From the sequence record MG765277.2: a stretch of DNA of 32,000 nt; one strand, written 5' to 3'. Every line of letters starts with the position of its first letter. The first letter of the stretch is position 1. Positions 1 through 8,976 of the stretch are shown piece after piece. The DNA is from Lactobacillus phage Bacchae. A model generated the notes under the pieces. The model did no database searches, was not told the origin of the DNA, and saw only the letters and a list, made by a program, of their open reading frames with translations. Both the position numbers and the translations under genes were made by a program.

Positions 1-1
1 T

Positions 2-220
2 GGTATGGGTAAGATTGTTATAGGTAAAGCCACAGTGCTGATTCAATCACTCAATAATGTTAATACTATTAGTTTCACCTATCAATATCGAGTAACAGCA
101 TCCGAGTATCGGGCCAAAAACACTAACATTAAGTCCAGACATGCTGGTGGTAATAGTTTGAATGGGCAACGCAAGACTATTGCTAGGTGGCGGGATTATG
201 ACAAAGAGCGCCATGACTAA
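2..220 (+). CDS. Hypothetical protein, probably truncated by the window edge
   Basis: Open frame from the window start (ORF track 5..220); no RBS visible because the upstream sequence is missing. Confidence 0.5.
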   Translation, partial: GMGKIVIGKATVLIQSLNNVNTISFTYQYRVTASEYRAKNTNIKSRHAGGNSLNGQRKTIARWRDYDKERHD

Positions 221-270
221 CGTTATATTATTAGAAGAAGAAAACATTACAAGAAAGTAGGAATTTCATC

Positions 271-657
271 ATGGGATATATTCGTAAAGAAGCAGTTGAA
301 AAGGTTCTTAAGGCACACTCTAACGATAAGGGATTTATGAACTTGTTAGAACTTGTTAGAAAAGGTAAAAATACTAACACGTTACCTCACCCAAGATTCT
401 CTGTTAGAGACTTAAATAAGGAAATTGTTGACCTAGTAGTAGAATTTGCACAAGACGGTAAATCACTTAATGTATACGAAGAAAGTCGAGGGTCACGTAG
501 TTTCATTTACCAGTTTCCCATTGAGGGAATTATTTCCAACAAGACGACAACAGCTACAACAACGACTAAAAAAGTGGTATCAACGACTACTACAACCAAG
601 AAAGTAGTACGTAAACGCCGTACAACCACTAAGACAACCACTAAGTCACCTAAATAA
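271..657 (+). CDS. Hypothetical protein with Thr/Lys/Arg-rich low-complexity C-terminal tail
   Basis: 128 aa ORF; tail TTTATTTTKKVVSTTTTTKKVVRKRRTTTKTTTKSPK. Confidence 0.8.
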   Translation: MGYIRKEAVEKVLKAHSNDKGFMNLLELVRKGKNTNTLPHPRFSVRDLNKEIVDLVVEFAQDGKSLNVYEESRGSRSFIYQFPIEGIISNKTTTATTTTKKVVSTTTTTKKVVRKRRTTTKTTTKSPK

Positions 658-667
658 TAAACTATAA

Positions 668-692
668 AGCAATCCTATATAAGGGTTGCTTT
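668..692 (+). terminator. Rho-independent terminator
   Basis: AGCAATCC-TATATA-AGGGTTGCTTTT hairpin just after the stop of 271..657. Confidence 0.6.
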
Positions 693-745
693 TACTTTAT
701 ACATGTGTTAAAATGGTAATAACAAATTAATTAGGAGTGATACTA

Positions 746-1135
746 TTGAAACAAGAAGAAGCGGAGAAGTTAGACAAGGAAGGAAAGTCAATTGTATATT
801 CTAAGCATCTTAGTGAAGACCAATTGGCTAGTCTCAGCCAAGAGTTCCAATTAGCAGAGTTAGAAGAGGTAGCAATTTTCTCTGTGTTATCAGATGATGC
901 CAAGAAGTTCTTATTAAAACTAGAACCAGCAACAGGGGTTATCGCTAACTCAATTGTGCTACAGGCTGAGGGGAAAGCTCCAAAAGAAATGATTAACATG
1001 GAAAATCCTTTACTAGCCGAGTTAGCTAAGGAGTATAATAACCGAGTTAAAAAGGATAAGTCTAATGCAACCGACTTGCTTAATGAACTTGCAGACCGAT
1101 ATGTAGACGAGTTATATCCAGATAGTGATGAATAA
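746..1135 (+). CDS. Hypothetical acidic/charged protein, TTG start preferred
   Basis: ORF track starts at GTG 737, inside the AGGAGTG RBS; TTG at 746 is correctly spaced (MKQEEAEKLDKEGKSIVYS...). Confidence 0.7.
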   Translation: MKQEEAEKLDKEGKSIVYSKHLSEDQLASLSQEFQLAELEEVAIFSVLSDDAKKFLLKLEPATGVIANSIVLQAEGKAPKEMINMENPLLAELAKEYNNRVKKDKSNATDLLNELADRYVDELYPDSDE

Positions 1136-1424
1136 TTAGTCTGTTTTTGATAGGTAAAACATAACAGTTTTGTGCATATTTTTAGATATAATATTGTAAT
1201 ATTCACTTTAGGAATAACATAACGCCTACAATTGTTCATTATATTAATTGTGTAGCCCCAAGGAAACAGCTTATAAAATTGATTATACCAAGGGTTACAT
1301 TAATATTCACAATTGTTAGCCTAATAAGGGATAACTATTCAAAAAAGACATGAATATTATGAATATTGAACAAAACTTTTACTGGTTGTCTATTAAAAAT
1401 TTATATTGATTGGAGTTTTAAAAC

Positions 1425-2150
1425 ATGGCAAAACGCAATAGCTTACTGGATTTGTATGAGAATCACCTTCTATTTACAAAGGTATATTCTTTATTGCAAG
1501 AGCATAAGCCATATGACTATATACTAAAGTTTTTAGATTCAGAAGGGTTCAAGTTATCTAAAGGCAGTTTATCCAAACTAAAAGCTAAGATTACCGAAGC
1601 TGAGGAAACGGGTGTACCTATTGATGACCTGTTAGACAAACGCCGTAAAACGAGTATTGATGATATTGATTCTGATAAGGTAGAGGGATTTGTTGGCAAT
1701 CCTAACACAGATAATCCTAGGAGCACTCGTAAGGCCAACAACCTACCTAAGGAAACTTATGACATTCCAGAAGAAGCAGTCCCAGTAGAACATGTGCATT
1801 CTAGTAGACAAGTTCTAGAAATGATAATGGATAAAGGGTTTGCAACAGCACAGGCCACACGAGTAATTGACATGCCAACGCTATTAAAAGCAGTTGAGTT
1901 GTATAACAAATGGTATTTCCAAGAGTCAAAAGGATTAACAGCAGAATCGTTGAAGCAATATCAACTAATCAACTCATCTATAGTATCAGCAATGATTGAT
2001 GTTATTCCTAAGTATGTTGAAAAAGATAAACAAGATAAGATGATTGCTGAGATGAATGACAGAGCTGCCAAGATTATTGATAATGCTGGTGCTACCCGAG
2101 AAGGTAAAGAATTACTGAAACAATTAGAAAAGGAAGGTCTATCACTATGA
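1425..2150 (+). CDS. Hypothetical protein, 241 aa, possible DNA-binding N-terminus
   Basis: Long ORF, tightly followed by the overlapping gene at 2147; the YDYILKFLDSEGFKLSKGSLSKLKAKI stretch is HTH-like. Confidence 0.8.
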   Translation: MAKRNSLLDLYENHLLFTKVYSLLQEHKPYDYILKFLDSEGFKLSKGSLSKLKAKITEAEETGVPIDDLLDKRRKTSIDDIDSDKVEGFVGNPNTDNPRSTRKANNLPKETYDIPEEAVPVEHVHSSRQVLEMIMDKGFATAQATRVIDMPTLLKAVELYNKWYFQESKGLTAESLKQYQLINSSIVSAMIDVIPKYVEKDKQDKMIAEMNDRAAKIIDNAGATREGKELLKQLEKEGLSL

Positions 2151-2791
2151 TTGATAAAGAAACAGTTGTTCCTAGTATTGATGTTGATAACTTAGAACAA
2201 CCCAAGGTATATAAGAATGCCCAATTTAGTATTGCATATGCTACTAAGTATGGTGAGATTAAATTTTGGATTAACGACAACTTTATGGTAGCAAACTATC
2301 GTGGTAAGGATTATGTTATTAGCCTACCTGTTGCAATGTTTAAACAAGCAAAGGTGGTTATTGGAGAAGTTAATCCAGAATTAGTAGGATTTATTACACC
2401 TGCTGGTTTAGGTGCTAAGCGGCTAGAATTTGATAGTAATCGAGCTATTAATCAGTTAACTGATGCTTTAAATAAAACGGATAATGTCGAACTACAGACT
2501 TCTGGAGTTGTCCAACGAGTTAGTCAGTTTATTAATTCTGGCGATTTTACAGTTGACGACAAAGCAGACTTTGATGACATTACCGAAGCTGCTGGAGACT
2601 TAGCTTTAAACACTGACGAAGCAAAAGAAGAACTGGCTAACATTATAGGTGCTAAAGGATTTGGAAAGGTCATTTCACGTCCTATTAGTGACTTGGTTAT
2701 GTTATTGCCACGATTACAACAGGACCTAGAGAAGAGTGGTCTATTCGATGTATTTTTGGATGGTGATAAGGTGTTTAAGGAGGCTGAGTAA
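2147..2791 (+). CDS. Hypothetical phage protein
   Basis: 214 aa ORF, ATGA overlap with the upstream gene. Confidence 0.8.
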   Translation: MIDKETVVPSIDVDNLEQPKVYKNAQFSIAYATKYGEIKFWINDNFMVANYRGKDYVISLPVAMFKQAKVVIGEVNPELVGFITPAGLGAKRLEFDSNRAINQLTDALNKTDNVELQTSGVVQRVSQFINSGDFTVDDKADFDDITEAAGDLALNTDEAKEELANIIGAKGFGKVISRPISDLVMLLPRLQQDLEKSGLFDVFLDGDKVFKEAE

Positions 2792-3102
2792 TGCTGGGAT
2801 TATATATTATTTTAGGTGGACTGTGCCTAGGGCTATTTATCTACTTGATTCTCTATGCTCGGATGGCTAATTTGGAAGTACAATTATATGCTGACGTTGA
2901 TGCTTTCCTATCAGACTGGGTAAAAGCACAATCAGAAGTTAACCAAGTTATTAGTGTAGATTTAGATGATATCCGCGAACGAGTTAAAAATGACAATAAA
3001 TTGTTATCAAAACTTGACGATATTGAGAAGAATATCAACTTAAAAACTCAAATTATTGAAGATTACAAGGAAAATGCTAAAAAGGAATCTCCCACAGAAT
3101 AG
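2791..3102 (+). CDS. Membrane-anchored coiled-coil protein
   Basis: N-terminal TM (LYIILGGLCLGLFIYLILYA) then charged helix; overlaps upstream stop. Confidence 0.75.
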   Translation: MLGLYIILGGLCLGLFIYLILYARMANLEVQLYADVDAFLSDWVKAQSEVNQVISVDLDDIRERVKNDNKLLSKLDDIEKNINLKTQIIEDYKENAKKESPTE

Positions 3103-3136
3103 TAAGTTTATATTACTCTTTAGAGGGTGGGTGCTG

Positions 3137-3391
3137 ATGAAATTATTGTGGATGGGAGTATTGCTAGTTACAGGGCTATCGTTTTACAACCCTGAGTTTA
3201 TCCTATTGTTTTCAGTTATCCTATTTATTGATTGGGTAATGGGTAGTCGTAAGGGCTTAATAAAACTAGTGAGATGCTTGAAGAACAAGCAACAGCTATT
3301 ATCATTGAAAAGAATTAATGCTGACATTGAGAAAGAAATCAATACCTGCTACCTAAATGTCAGTAGAAATAGTAAGGACAAGTCTAAATAG
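3137..3391 (+). CDS. Small membrane protein
   Basis: Internal start MKLLWMGVLLV... follows GAGGGTGG; the 3056 start in the track has no RBS and overlaps upstream coding sequence. Confidence 0.65.
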   Translation: MKLLWMGVLLVTGLSFYNPEFILLFSVILFIDWVMGSRKGLIKLVRCLKNKQQLLSLKRINADIEKEINTCYLNVSRNSKDKSK

Positions 3392-3404
3392 GACTTGTCT
3401 TTTT
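3377..3404 (+). terminator. Rho-independent terminator overlapping the gene end
   Basis: GACAAGTC-TAAATAG-GACTTGTC-TTTTT. Confidence 0.75.
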
Positions 3405-3446
3405 GTTTACCATATGCTATACTAAAGATAAAGGACGTGAATTTTA

Positions 3447-4175
3447 ATGAAATATACACAATACAAGGGCAATAATAGGTGGTTTAAGCACTTACAAGAT
3501 ATCAAGCAGACTAAGCCTATCAGAGCAAGCATTCAGGGGCTAGAGAGCAATCTAGTGGATACAATCGTTGTTATTGATAAATTACACATGAATAAGGATT
3601 CGGCATCATGGGATATAGAGTTAAGCAAAGAGGTGTATAAGAACGTTCCGAACCCACTAAAGGAAATTGCTGGTCAAATTGAATTTGATGAAAATACAGA
3701 TAGCAAGTTCTTTATGTGGACTACTAATCATAATCGTTTATATGACCTAAGTGAAGTAGGTCCTTATACCTTATTTGAATCAAAAACAGACAGCGGAGTA
3801 ACTCTAAGAGTTCTCTTCACTAAAGAAACTAACATGTTGCTGCCTATCAATACCTTGGCCTTGAACGAGCATGAGCTTGGCAGAAAAGAAAGAAACACAA
3901 TTAATCATCTTATCCACCATCGGCTGGCTGGTAAACTATGGCGTGCAACTATTGTTACTAATACTACCTCACAAACGACTGAGTTGTCATACAATAATCT
4001 TAGCTTGAATACTGTCTTCGGGGAAGCAATCTCCCTGGGAAATATATACGGGATGGTGTCTTACAATGCTAAAGGAAAATATAAGGTATTTGTAGAAGAC
4101 GATAGTGCTACTATCCAAATTGTTCAGCCATATCATACCGTTATTTTAATTAAGTTTCTACCACTAAGATTGTAA
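3447..4175 (+). CDS. Hypothetical protein, 242 aa
   Basis: Long ORF. Confidence 0.8.
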   Translation: MKYTQYKGNNRWFKHLQDIKQTKPIRASIQGLESNLVDTIVVIDKLHMNKDSASWDIELSKEVYKNVPNPLKEIAGQIEFDENTDSKFFMWTTNHNRLYDLSEVGPYTLFESKTDSGVTLRVLFTKETNMLLPINTLALNEHELGRKERNTINHLIHHRLAGKLWRATIVTNTTSQTTELSYNNLSLNTVFGEAISLGNIYGMVSYNAKGKYKVFVEDDSATIQIVQPYHTVILIKFLPLRL

Positions 4176-4187
4176 CAATAATATCAA

Positions 4188-4216
4188 TGGCTGCCTAACA
4201 GGCGGTCATTTTTGTT
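4188..4216 (+). terminator. Rho-independent terminator
   Basis: GGCTGCCT-AACA-GGCGGTC-ATTTTTG. Confidence 0.55.
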
Positions 4217-4289
4217 ATGCTTAAAAGGAGGTGGGTATAATACTAACCCCCACTAGACTATTTCAATAAGTATAATAATTAGCTGTAAT

Positions 4290-4400
4290 CTGTCCCGATT
4301 TATTAGTAATTTTTTAGAAAAGTTTGGCCCCCACCTCAATATATTAGATTTGCAAATAATAAGTAGAATCCTGTCCGGATTTATGAGTAATTTTTTCAAA
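4290..4400. repeat. Two copies of dispersed CTGTCC(C/G)GATTTAT(T/G)AGTAATTTTTT motif
   Basis: 4290-4315 and 4371-4396; a third copy lies at 14979-15004. Confidence 0.75.
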
Positions 4401-4539
4401 AAGTTTCTTTTAAAAAATTTATGGGCGTGCAAGCGGGTGGGCAATGGGCGTGCTAGTATTGCGCTTGATTGAGGTACAAATACAGTTTTAGCACCTTATA
4501 TAGTAGGAAAAATAATTGAAGCTATTTTAATAAAAAGTG

Positions 4540-4568
4540 TTGACACTAACAACGCCTAGCTATATACT
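4540..4568 (+). promoter_or_regulatory. Sigma-A type promoter for 4604
   Basis: TTGACA-17-TATACT. Confidence 0.8.
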
Positions 4569-4603
4569 ATAGTCAACAAATAAGGAAAGCAGGAAATTAT
4601 ATC

Positions 4604-4810
4604 ATGAAAAACAATAACGAACTAGTAAGCTTATTACAGCATGGGAGTTGGTATCAAGTTGCATTCATGGTAGGCAACCATTTAGAATCATTTACAACAC
4701 AAGGAATTAAGAAAACACGGGAAGCAATTAACTACTATGGCGTTAAGCATACTGTAGGAACAGCTATTATGACAACAGCGGGAATCAGCGACTTATCAAT
4801 CTTTTTTTAA
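4604..4810 (+). CDS. Hypothetical small protein
   Basis: 68 aa ORF behind promoter and RBS. Confidence 0.7.
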   Translation: MKNNNELVSLLQHGSWYQVAFMVGNHLESFTTQGIKKTREAINYYGVKHTVGTAIMTTAGISDLSIFF

Positions 4811-4817
4811 AAAGTTA

Positions 4818-4846
4818 TTGACAAGTAATAAATTAATCTATATACT
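4818..4846 (+). promoter_or_regulatory. Sigma-A type promoter for 4881
   Basis: TTGACA-17-TATACT. Confidence 0.8.
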
Positions 4847-4880
4847 ATAGTCATTCAAGTAAAGGAGAGGGCGCTACATT

Positions 4881-5078
4881 ATGAACGATAGAGAACCAGC
4901 ACCAAGCAAAAAGCGTAAGTTACCCAAATGGATAAAGTTACTATTATGGATTGCAGTATTTTACATTCTATGGAATGCGGGCAAGATGATAATTGTTTAC
5001 ATTCTATGGTATCCGGGACGCATGTTATTAATGATAGGACTAGCGTTATTATTAAGTGGACTATTCAACAGACACTAA
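4881..5078 (+). CDS. Small membrane protein
   Basis: Two hydrophobic helices after a Lys-rich N-terminus. Confidence 0.7.
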   Translation: MNDREPAPSKKRKLPKWIKLLLWIAVFYILWNAGKMIIVYILWYPGRMLLMIGLALLLSGLFNRH

Positions 5079-5096
5079 AAAATATCGAAATAGGTA

Positions 5097-5125
5097 TTGA
5101 CATGATATGTAATTGATGATACTAT
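5097..5125 (+). promoter_or_regulatory. Promoter for 5155
   Basis: TTGACA-17-TACTAT. Confidence 0.7.
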
Positions 5126-5154
5126 AAAATAAAAAAGTAAAGGGGTCTTACATT

Positions 5155-5325
5155 ATGTTATTCTTAATCAAAATGTTTATTATCGGAGCAATTATTGGGA
5201 GTGTCGCGGGAGTTATTGAAGGGCTGATTAATGCTATTGTAAAAAACGATGAGACGGCTAAAACGTTAAACCGATATGTTACTGCGATAACTTGGCTTGT
5301 ATACATCTATGTATGTATCTTTTAA
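5155..5325 (+). CDS. Small membrane protein, 56 aa (absent from ORF track)
   Basis: MLFLIKMFIIGAIIGSVAGVIEGLINAIVKNDETAKTLNRYVTAITWLVYIYVCIF*, AAAGGGG RBS, promoter upstream. Confidence 0.7.
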   Translation: MLFLIKMFIIGAIIGSVAGVIEGLINAIVKNDETAKTLNRYVTAITWLVYIYVCIF

Positions 5326-5337
5326 GGAGGTATAGTA

Positions 5338-5634
5338 ATGATTATTAATAAAAGTAATACTGGAAGTTTCAAGTTTCAACCGTATGACAGCCGAACATAT
5401 AACCGGCCTAAGATTCTACACCGACAAGCTACAGAGTTATATAATAGGGGTTTACAATACGTTTTGAGAGGTTTTGAACCCCTTAATGATAACGGGGTTA
5501 TAATTGCTTGCAATCCTACACCGGAACAAGTAGTGAACTACGTTGATACTACTAATTATAGTAGCTACTGGCTAGAGATTGCACGGCCATTAGGTGGGAA
5601 AATTAAGGTTAAAAAAGTTTCATTATATGGTTGA
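5338..5634 (+). CDS. Hypothetical protein
   Basis: AAGGAGG RBS, 98 aa. Confidence 0.75.
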   Translation: MIINKSNTGSFKFQPYDSRTYNRPKILHRQATELYNRGLQYVLRGFEPLNDNGVIIACNPTPEQVVNYVDTTNYSSYWLEIARPLGGKIKVKKVSLYG

Positions 5635-5659
5635 CTATAAAATAGTATAATGCTATGCT
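5631..5659 (+). promoter_or_regulatory. Promoter for 5731
   Basis: TTGACT-17-TATGCT. Confidence 0.65.
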
Positions 5660-5693
5660 ATACACGTGAGGTAGTCAAGGAACAAAATACTAT

Positions 5694-5709
5694 TGTTTCA
5701 TGTGAAACA
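5694..5709. promoter_or_regulatory. parS-like palindrome (one mismatch)
   Basis: TGTTTCATGTGAAACA; chromosomal parS consensus is TGTTTCACGTGAAACA. Confidence 0.75.
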
Positions 5710-5730
5710 ACTGAAAGGAAGTAATATATT

Positions 5731-6138
5731 GTGAAATTTAAAGAATTTATGAACCATGGTAAAACTGAGAATGATATTAAGCAGGACATTTACAAGTATG
5801 GAAAGCAACTAGACACAATTGGAAAGCCGGCGAATAGTCATATGAAGCTTTACAAGGTACAGCAGTACAACAGCGGACGACGAGCAGTTAACCTCGGCAC
5901 TTATGACATGTATTTTCAGAACATTGCAGAACTAAATTTATATCGCAAACCCTTGGTCAAGTTAGTGAGTGATGGAATTGACTATGTGTTATATTTTCAG
6001 ATTATTCAGCAGGCTATTTTAATGGATAACAAGCGAAACGTAAAACTAGTAACAAAACCATCATTTTCAGATTTTATGGGGGTTGATGATGATTTAACAA
6101 ATTTATTTCAAAATACGCTTGACAAGTTGCGAGAATAA
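5731..6138 (+). CDS. Hypothetical protein, GTG start
   Basis: 135 aa, GAAAGGAAG RBS. Confidence 0.75.
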   Translation: MKFKEFMNHGKTENDIKQDIYKYGKQLDTIGKPANSHMKLYKVQQYNSGRRAVNLGTYDMYFQNIAELNLYRKPLVKLVSDGIDYVLYFQIIQQAILMDNKRNVKLVTKPSFSDFMGVDDDLTNLFQNTLDKLRE

Positions 6139-6147
6139 CTGTATACT
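6119..6147 (+). promoter_or_regulatory. Promoter for 6178, -35 inside the upstream gene end
   Basis: TTGACA-17-TATACT. Confidence 0.75.
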
Positions 6148-6177
6148 ATAGTTGTTCAAGTAAAGGAGGTTATAGAA

Positions 6178-6255
6178 TTGGCTACATTAAAATTAATATT
6201 TATTATTGTAATTGCTATCTATGCTTACAAAAAGTATAAAGACAATCAGAAATAA
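6178..6255 (+). CDS. 25-aa single-TM micropeptide, TTG start (absent from ORF track)
   Basis: AAAGGAGG RBS then TTG; MATLKLIFIIVIAIYAYKKYKDNQK*; own promoter. Confidence 0.5.
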   Translation: MATLKLIFIIVIAIYAYKKYKDNQK

Positions 6256-6269
6256 ATTTTAAAAAGTGC

Positions 6270-6298
6270 TTGACAGGTTAGCAACTAGGGTATATGAT
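6270..6298 (+). promoter_or_regulatory. Cassette promoter for 6333
   Basis: TTGACA-17-TATGAT + TTAAGACATTAAATAAGAAAAGG. Confidence 0.8.
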
Positions 6299-6332
6299 TA
6301 AGACATTAAATAAGAAAAGGAAGTTATACATT

Positions 6333-6602
6333 ATGAAAACACTAGACACATTTGAATTACAGCCACAATTAGACCACGCACAATCATTCTACAAAAAGGC
6401 TTACACCTTGCATAATAATGACGGTAGTATTGATTTAAAATCATATGATACAATTGTAGCAACCTTTAAAGCTGGTAACGTTACTGTTAACGACACGTAT
6501 TCAGCTACTACGTTGCGCCACATTAAGGAATTTATCTATCAAACTACTGGTGTTAGTGGGTTATCTAAAAAGGATATTGAAAAGGATTATCAAGCAAACT
6601 AA
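6333..6602 (+). CDS. Hypothetical protein
   Basis: Start moved from 6294 to the ATG after AAAAGGAAG (MKTLDTFELQPQ...); 6294 lies inside the promoter. Confidence 0.8.
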   Translation: MKTLDTFELQPQLDHAQSFYKKAYTLHNNDGSIDLKSYDTIVATFKAGNVTVNDTYSATTLRHIKEFIYQTTGVSGLSKKDIEKDYQAN

Positions 6603-6622
6603 TACCTAATTTAAAAAATATG

Positions 6623-6651
6623 TTGACACTCCGCGATAGGTATGTTAAACT
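6623..6651 (+). promoter_or_regulatory. Promoter for 6685
   Basis: TTGACA-17-TAAACT. Confidence 0.6.
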
Positions 6652-6684
6652 AATTATAACAAATAAAGAAAGAGGCTTTACCTT

Positions 6685-6897
6685 ATGAAACTAAACACAG
6701 TAGACTTTTCAGATGACTTTTACAAGGGTGAGGTTGTTGATGTAAACATTAATGGTCGTTATTACGGTAAGATTTGGCCCTTTTCAGATGAAATCATTTT
6801 GACGTCAGTAGACAATGCTGGTTATGAGGTAATGGTTGAGTATTATGACATTAATAACTTAATTGATGACCTAGAAAACATGGAACTAGACTATTAA
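6685..6897 (+). CDS. Small acidic protein, paralogue of 16803..17033
   Basis: Shared pattern V-x-F-x-(D/E)-D-F ... V/I-NGR ... TS-x-D ... V-x-Y-x-D ... L-x-DDL. Confidence 0.75.
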   Translation: MKLNTVDFSDDFYKGEVVDVNINGRYYGKIWPFSDEIILTSVDNAGYEVMVEYYDINNLIDDLENMELDY

Positions 6898-6953
6898 AGA
6901 GTAATAAGTTGGTAGCAGAACAGGAACAGAACTTAACCTAGGGGGCTACATAT

Positions 6954-7256
6954 ATGGCAACGCATTTCAGTAAATTAAATTCTTTAATTGACTTTTTGAA
7001 TCACAATAAAGATGGTATTGGTGATACTAAGATAACAAGTATCCATAAAGGTAGTTTCAATTCGTATGAGGGATACCAATATTGTATTGGTATCAAGATT
7101 GTTACACTACCTAAGTTTAAAAACAAGCAGTTTATGTGGGACACCAATTCAACATACATTTGTGATTTTCTACCGGATAAGGACTTAACGAAAAATGAAG
7201 AGAAAGAGCTTATCATTGACGGGTTACAAGATATTTTTGCAAGTGCTTTAAACTAG
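6954..7256 (+). CDS. Hypothetical protein
   Basis: 100 aa ORF. Confidence 0.7.
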   Translation: MATHFSKLNSLIDFLNHNKDGIGDTKITSIHKGSFNSYEGYQYCIGIKIVTLPKFKNKQFMWDTNSTYICDFLPDKDLTKNEEKELIIDGLQDIFASALN

Positions 7257-7283
7257 TAAGACCCGTGGAATGACTAGTATAAA

Positions 7284-7299
7284 TGTTTCACGTGAAACA
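7284..7299. promoter_or_regulatory. Exact chromosomal-type parS site
   Basis: TGTTTCACGTGAAACA inside the 20-bp perfect palindrome AATGTTTCACGTGAAACATT (7282-7301). Confidence 0.9.
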
Positions 7300-7333
7300 T
7301 TGCTTGATAAAATAAATTAAGGGGATTTTAAAA

Positions 7334-7582
7334 ATGAAATTAGAAAAAGCAATTGAACTATTACAAGACGATACTTTTGACATGGAAGAAGCATTCTACT
7401 CTGACCTAGCTGGTGAGGTATATGCGGCATATACCATTAGGGTAACTGACGCCGAAACCCTTATTAAGGAACTAGAAATTGACCTAGATGGTATTGATGA
7501 TTATGACGCACTGTATGACGCAGTCGAAGATGGCTTATGTGATAGTTTTGATGGTGGCGTTGACGGTGTAACCACATTATAG
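7334..7582 (+). CDS. Small very acidic protein
   Basis: 82 aa, rich in D/E. Confidence 0.75.
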   Translation: MKLEKAIELLQDDTFDMEEAFYSDLAGEVYAAYTIRVTDAETLIKELEIDLDGIDDYDALYDAVEDGLCDSFDGGVDGVTTL

Positions 7583-7591
7583 AACACAATG

Positions 7592-7618
7592 GACTAGCTT
7601 AACAGGCTAGTCTTTTTT
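7592..7618 (+). terminator. Rho-independent terminator
   Basis: GACTAGC-TTAACA-GGCTAGTC-TTTTTT. Confidence 0.85.
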
Positions 7619-7769
7619 ATTATTTATTTAAAGACCCCACAAGCCTACGCTTTCAATTCTAAAAGTGATTATGACTAATTATACCGGGATAGCTTAAAAC
7701 GTCTTAAAACGGCTTATATGGCCTTGTAGCTATATAGCAAAATAAACTAAATTATTTTAAAATAGTTGT

Positions 7770-7798
7770 TGACAGCTATGGATAATATTGTTATAATT
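7770..7798 (+). promoter_or_regulatory. Cassette promoter for 7830
   Basis: TTGACA-17-TATAAT. Confidence 0.85.
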
Positions 7799-7829
7799 GG
7801 TTTATTCAATAAGGAAAGGGCGTTATACA

Positions 7830-7964
7830 ATGATTATTATCAGCATGGAAACATTACCTAAAATTATCGAACTAGCACTTGCAATTTATGGGGGTATCAA
7901 ACTAGTTGATAAGTTGTTCCCTGGTATTAAGCAATCAAAATTCTTTCAAAGTTTTTTTAATTAA
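7830..7964 (+). CDS. 44-aa peptide with hydrophobic segment (absent from ORF track)
   Basis: MIIISMETLPKIIELALAIYGGIKLVDKLFPGIKQSKFFQSFFN*; promoter and RBS upstream. Confidence 0.6.
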   Translation: MIIISMETLPKIIELALAIYGGIKLVDKLFPGIKQSKFFQSFFN

Positions 7965-7968
7965 GCTA

Positions 7969-7997
7969 TTGACATTTAAAGTCACTAAGCCTATAAT
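7969..7997 (+). promoter_or_regulatory. Cassette promoter for 8028
   Basis: TTGACA-17-TATAAT. Confidence 0.85.
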
Positions 7998-8027
7998 TAG
8001 GTTATTAAATAAAGCGAGGTTATCATC

Positions 8028-8456
8028 ATGGAAATGGACATTACATTAAACATTGAATTATATAAAGACGGCACGGTTATGCTAGATAATTGCAGTAGCG
8101 AACGGACTTATGAGGGTGGCACAGTCAAGTTCACGGGAACAATTGACGGGCGGCGTAAGACTTTCAACCCTATGGAAACAATGGAAAAGGCGGGACTAGT
8201 TACCACCAAGCACGATGAGAGTATGTTCCCTGAATATAAGGCCACTAGCAAGCTATATAAGGCGTTTAATAGCACCGGATTAGTTTTAGGCTTTACAGAT
8301 AATATCAGCACTAGAGAACGCTTAAACAGCATTATAAAGAAAACTGGTGTAAGCCAACAGCAAGCATTCACGAATTTAAAGAATGCAGGCGTTATAGCTG
8401 TAGCGGACGCATACCAGTTAAGTGATAAAGAATTAAAAACAATTATTTTAAAATAA
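8028..8456 (+). CDS. Hypothetical protein
   Basis: 142 aa ORF behind cassette. Confidence 0.8.
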   Translation: MEMDITLNIELYKDGTVMLDNCSSERTYEGGTVKFTGTIDGRRKTFNPMETMEKAGLVTTKHDESMFPEYKATSKLYKAFNSTGLVLGFTDNISTRERLNSIIKKTGVSQQQAFTNLKNAGVIAVADAYQLSDKELKTIILK

Positions 8457-8459
8457 TCA

Positions 8460-8488
8460 TTGACAGGTTAGCAACTAAGGTATACAAT
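8460..8488 (+). promoter_or_regulatory. Cassette promoter for 8522
   Basis: TTGACA-17-TACAAT. Confidence 0.8.
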
Positions 8489-8521
8489 TAAGACATTAAA
8501 TAAGAAAGAGGTATTTACATT

Positions 8522-8911
8522 ATGACAACTAAAATTAGTGAATTAGAAAAACTTACACAGAAGCACTTTGATACAATCATTGACCTAGCTAACAGTTTCA
8601 AGGATAACAACCCTTACAAGCAAGAGTTTGTCAGTCATTTATTATATGATTACTTGTATGACGTTAACGCTATTTGCCGTGAAACAACAGTACAAGAGAC
8701 TGCTGAGCGGTTAGGCGGATTGCGGGCGTATAGACAAGCCCTAGCGTTTGACCTAGAACATTTGGATTTAATCATTAAAATTGCTAGTCAGATATTTGAT
8801 GATAACACTGACAGTATCCTAAGTTACTCTAATGACCCTACGGAAACCATAGACATTACACAAGACTATTTAAACGACTTTTATGAAATTTATAACGAAT
8901 ATTTAAAATAG
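8522..8911 (+). CDS. Hypothetical acidic protein
   Basis: 129 aa ORF behind cassette. Confidence 0.8.
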   Translation: MTTKISELEKLTQKHFDTIIDLANSFKDNNPYKQEFVSHLLYDYLYDVNAICRETTVQETAERLGGLRAYRQALAFDLEHLDLIIKIASQIFDDNTDSILSYSNDPTETIDITQDYLNDFYEIYNEYLK

Positions 8912-8914
8912 TTG

Positions 8915-8943
8915 TTGACAGACTAGCAACTAAGGTATACAAT
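8915..8943 (+). promoter_or_regulatory. Cassette promoter for 8977
   Basis: TTGACA-17-TACAAT. Confidence 0.8.
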
Positions 8944-8976
8944 TAAGACATTAAATAAGAAAAGAGATAATACATT

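Noticed and set aside
727-1239. 170-aa minus-strand ORF opposite 746..1135
   Set aside because: Antisense shadow of a gene with RBS and coherent composition; no RBS of its own.
4253-4444. 63-aa minus-strand ORF (FKRNFLKKLLINPDRILL...FSKKLLINRDRLQLI)
   Set aside because: The internal repetition simply reflects the duplicated CTGTCC..GATTTAT.AGTAATTTTTT DNA motif; not a credible gene.
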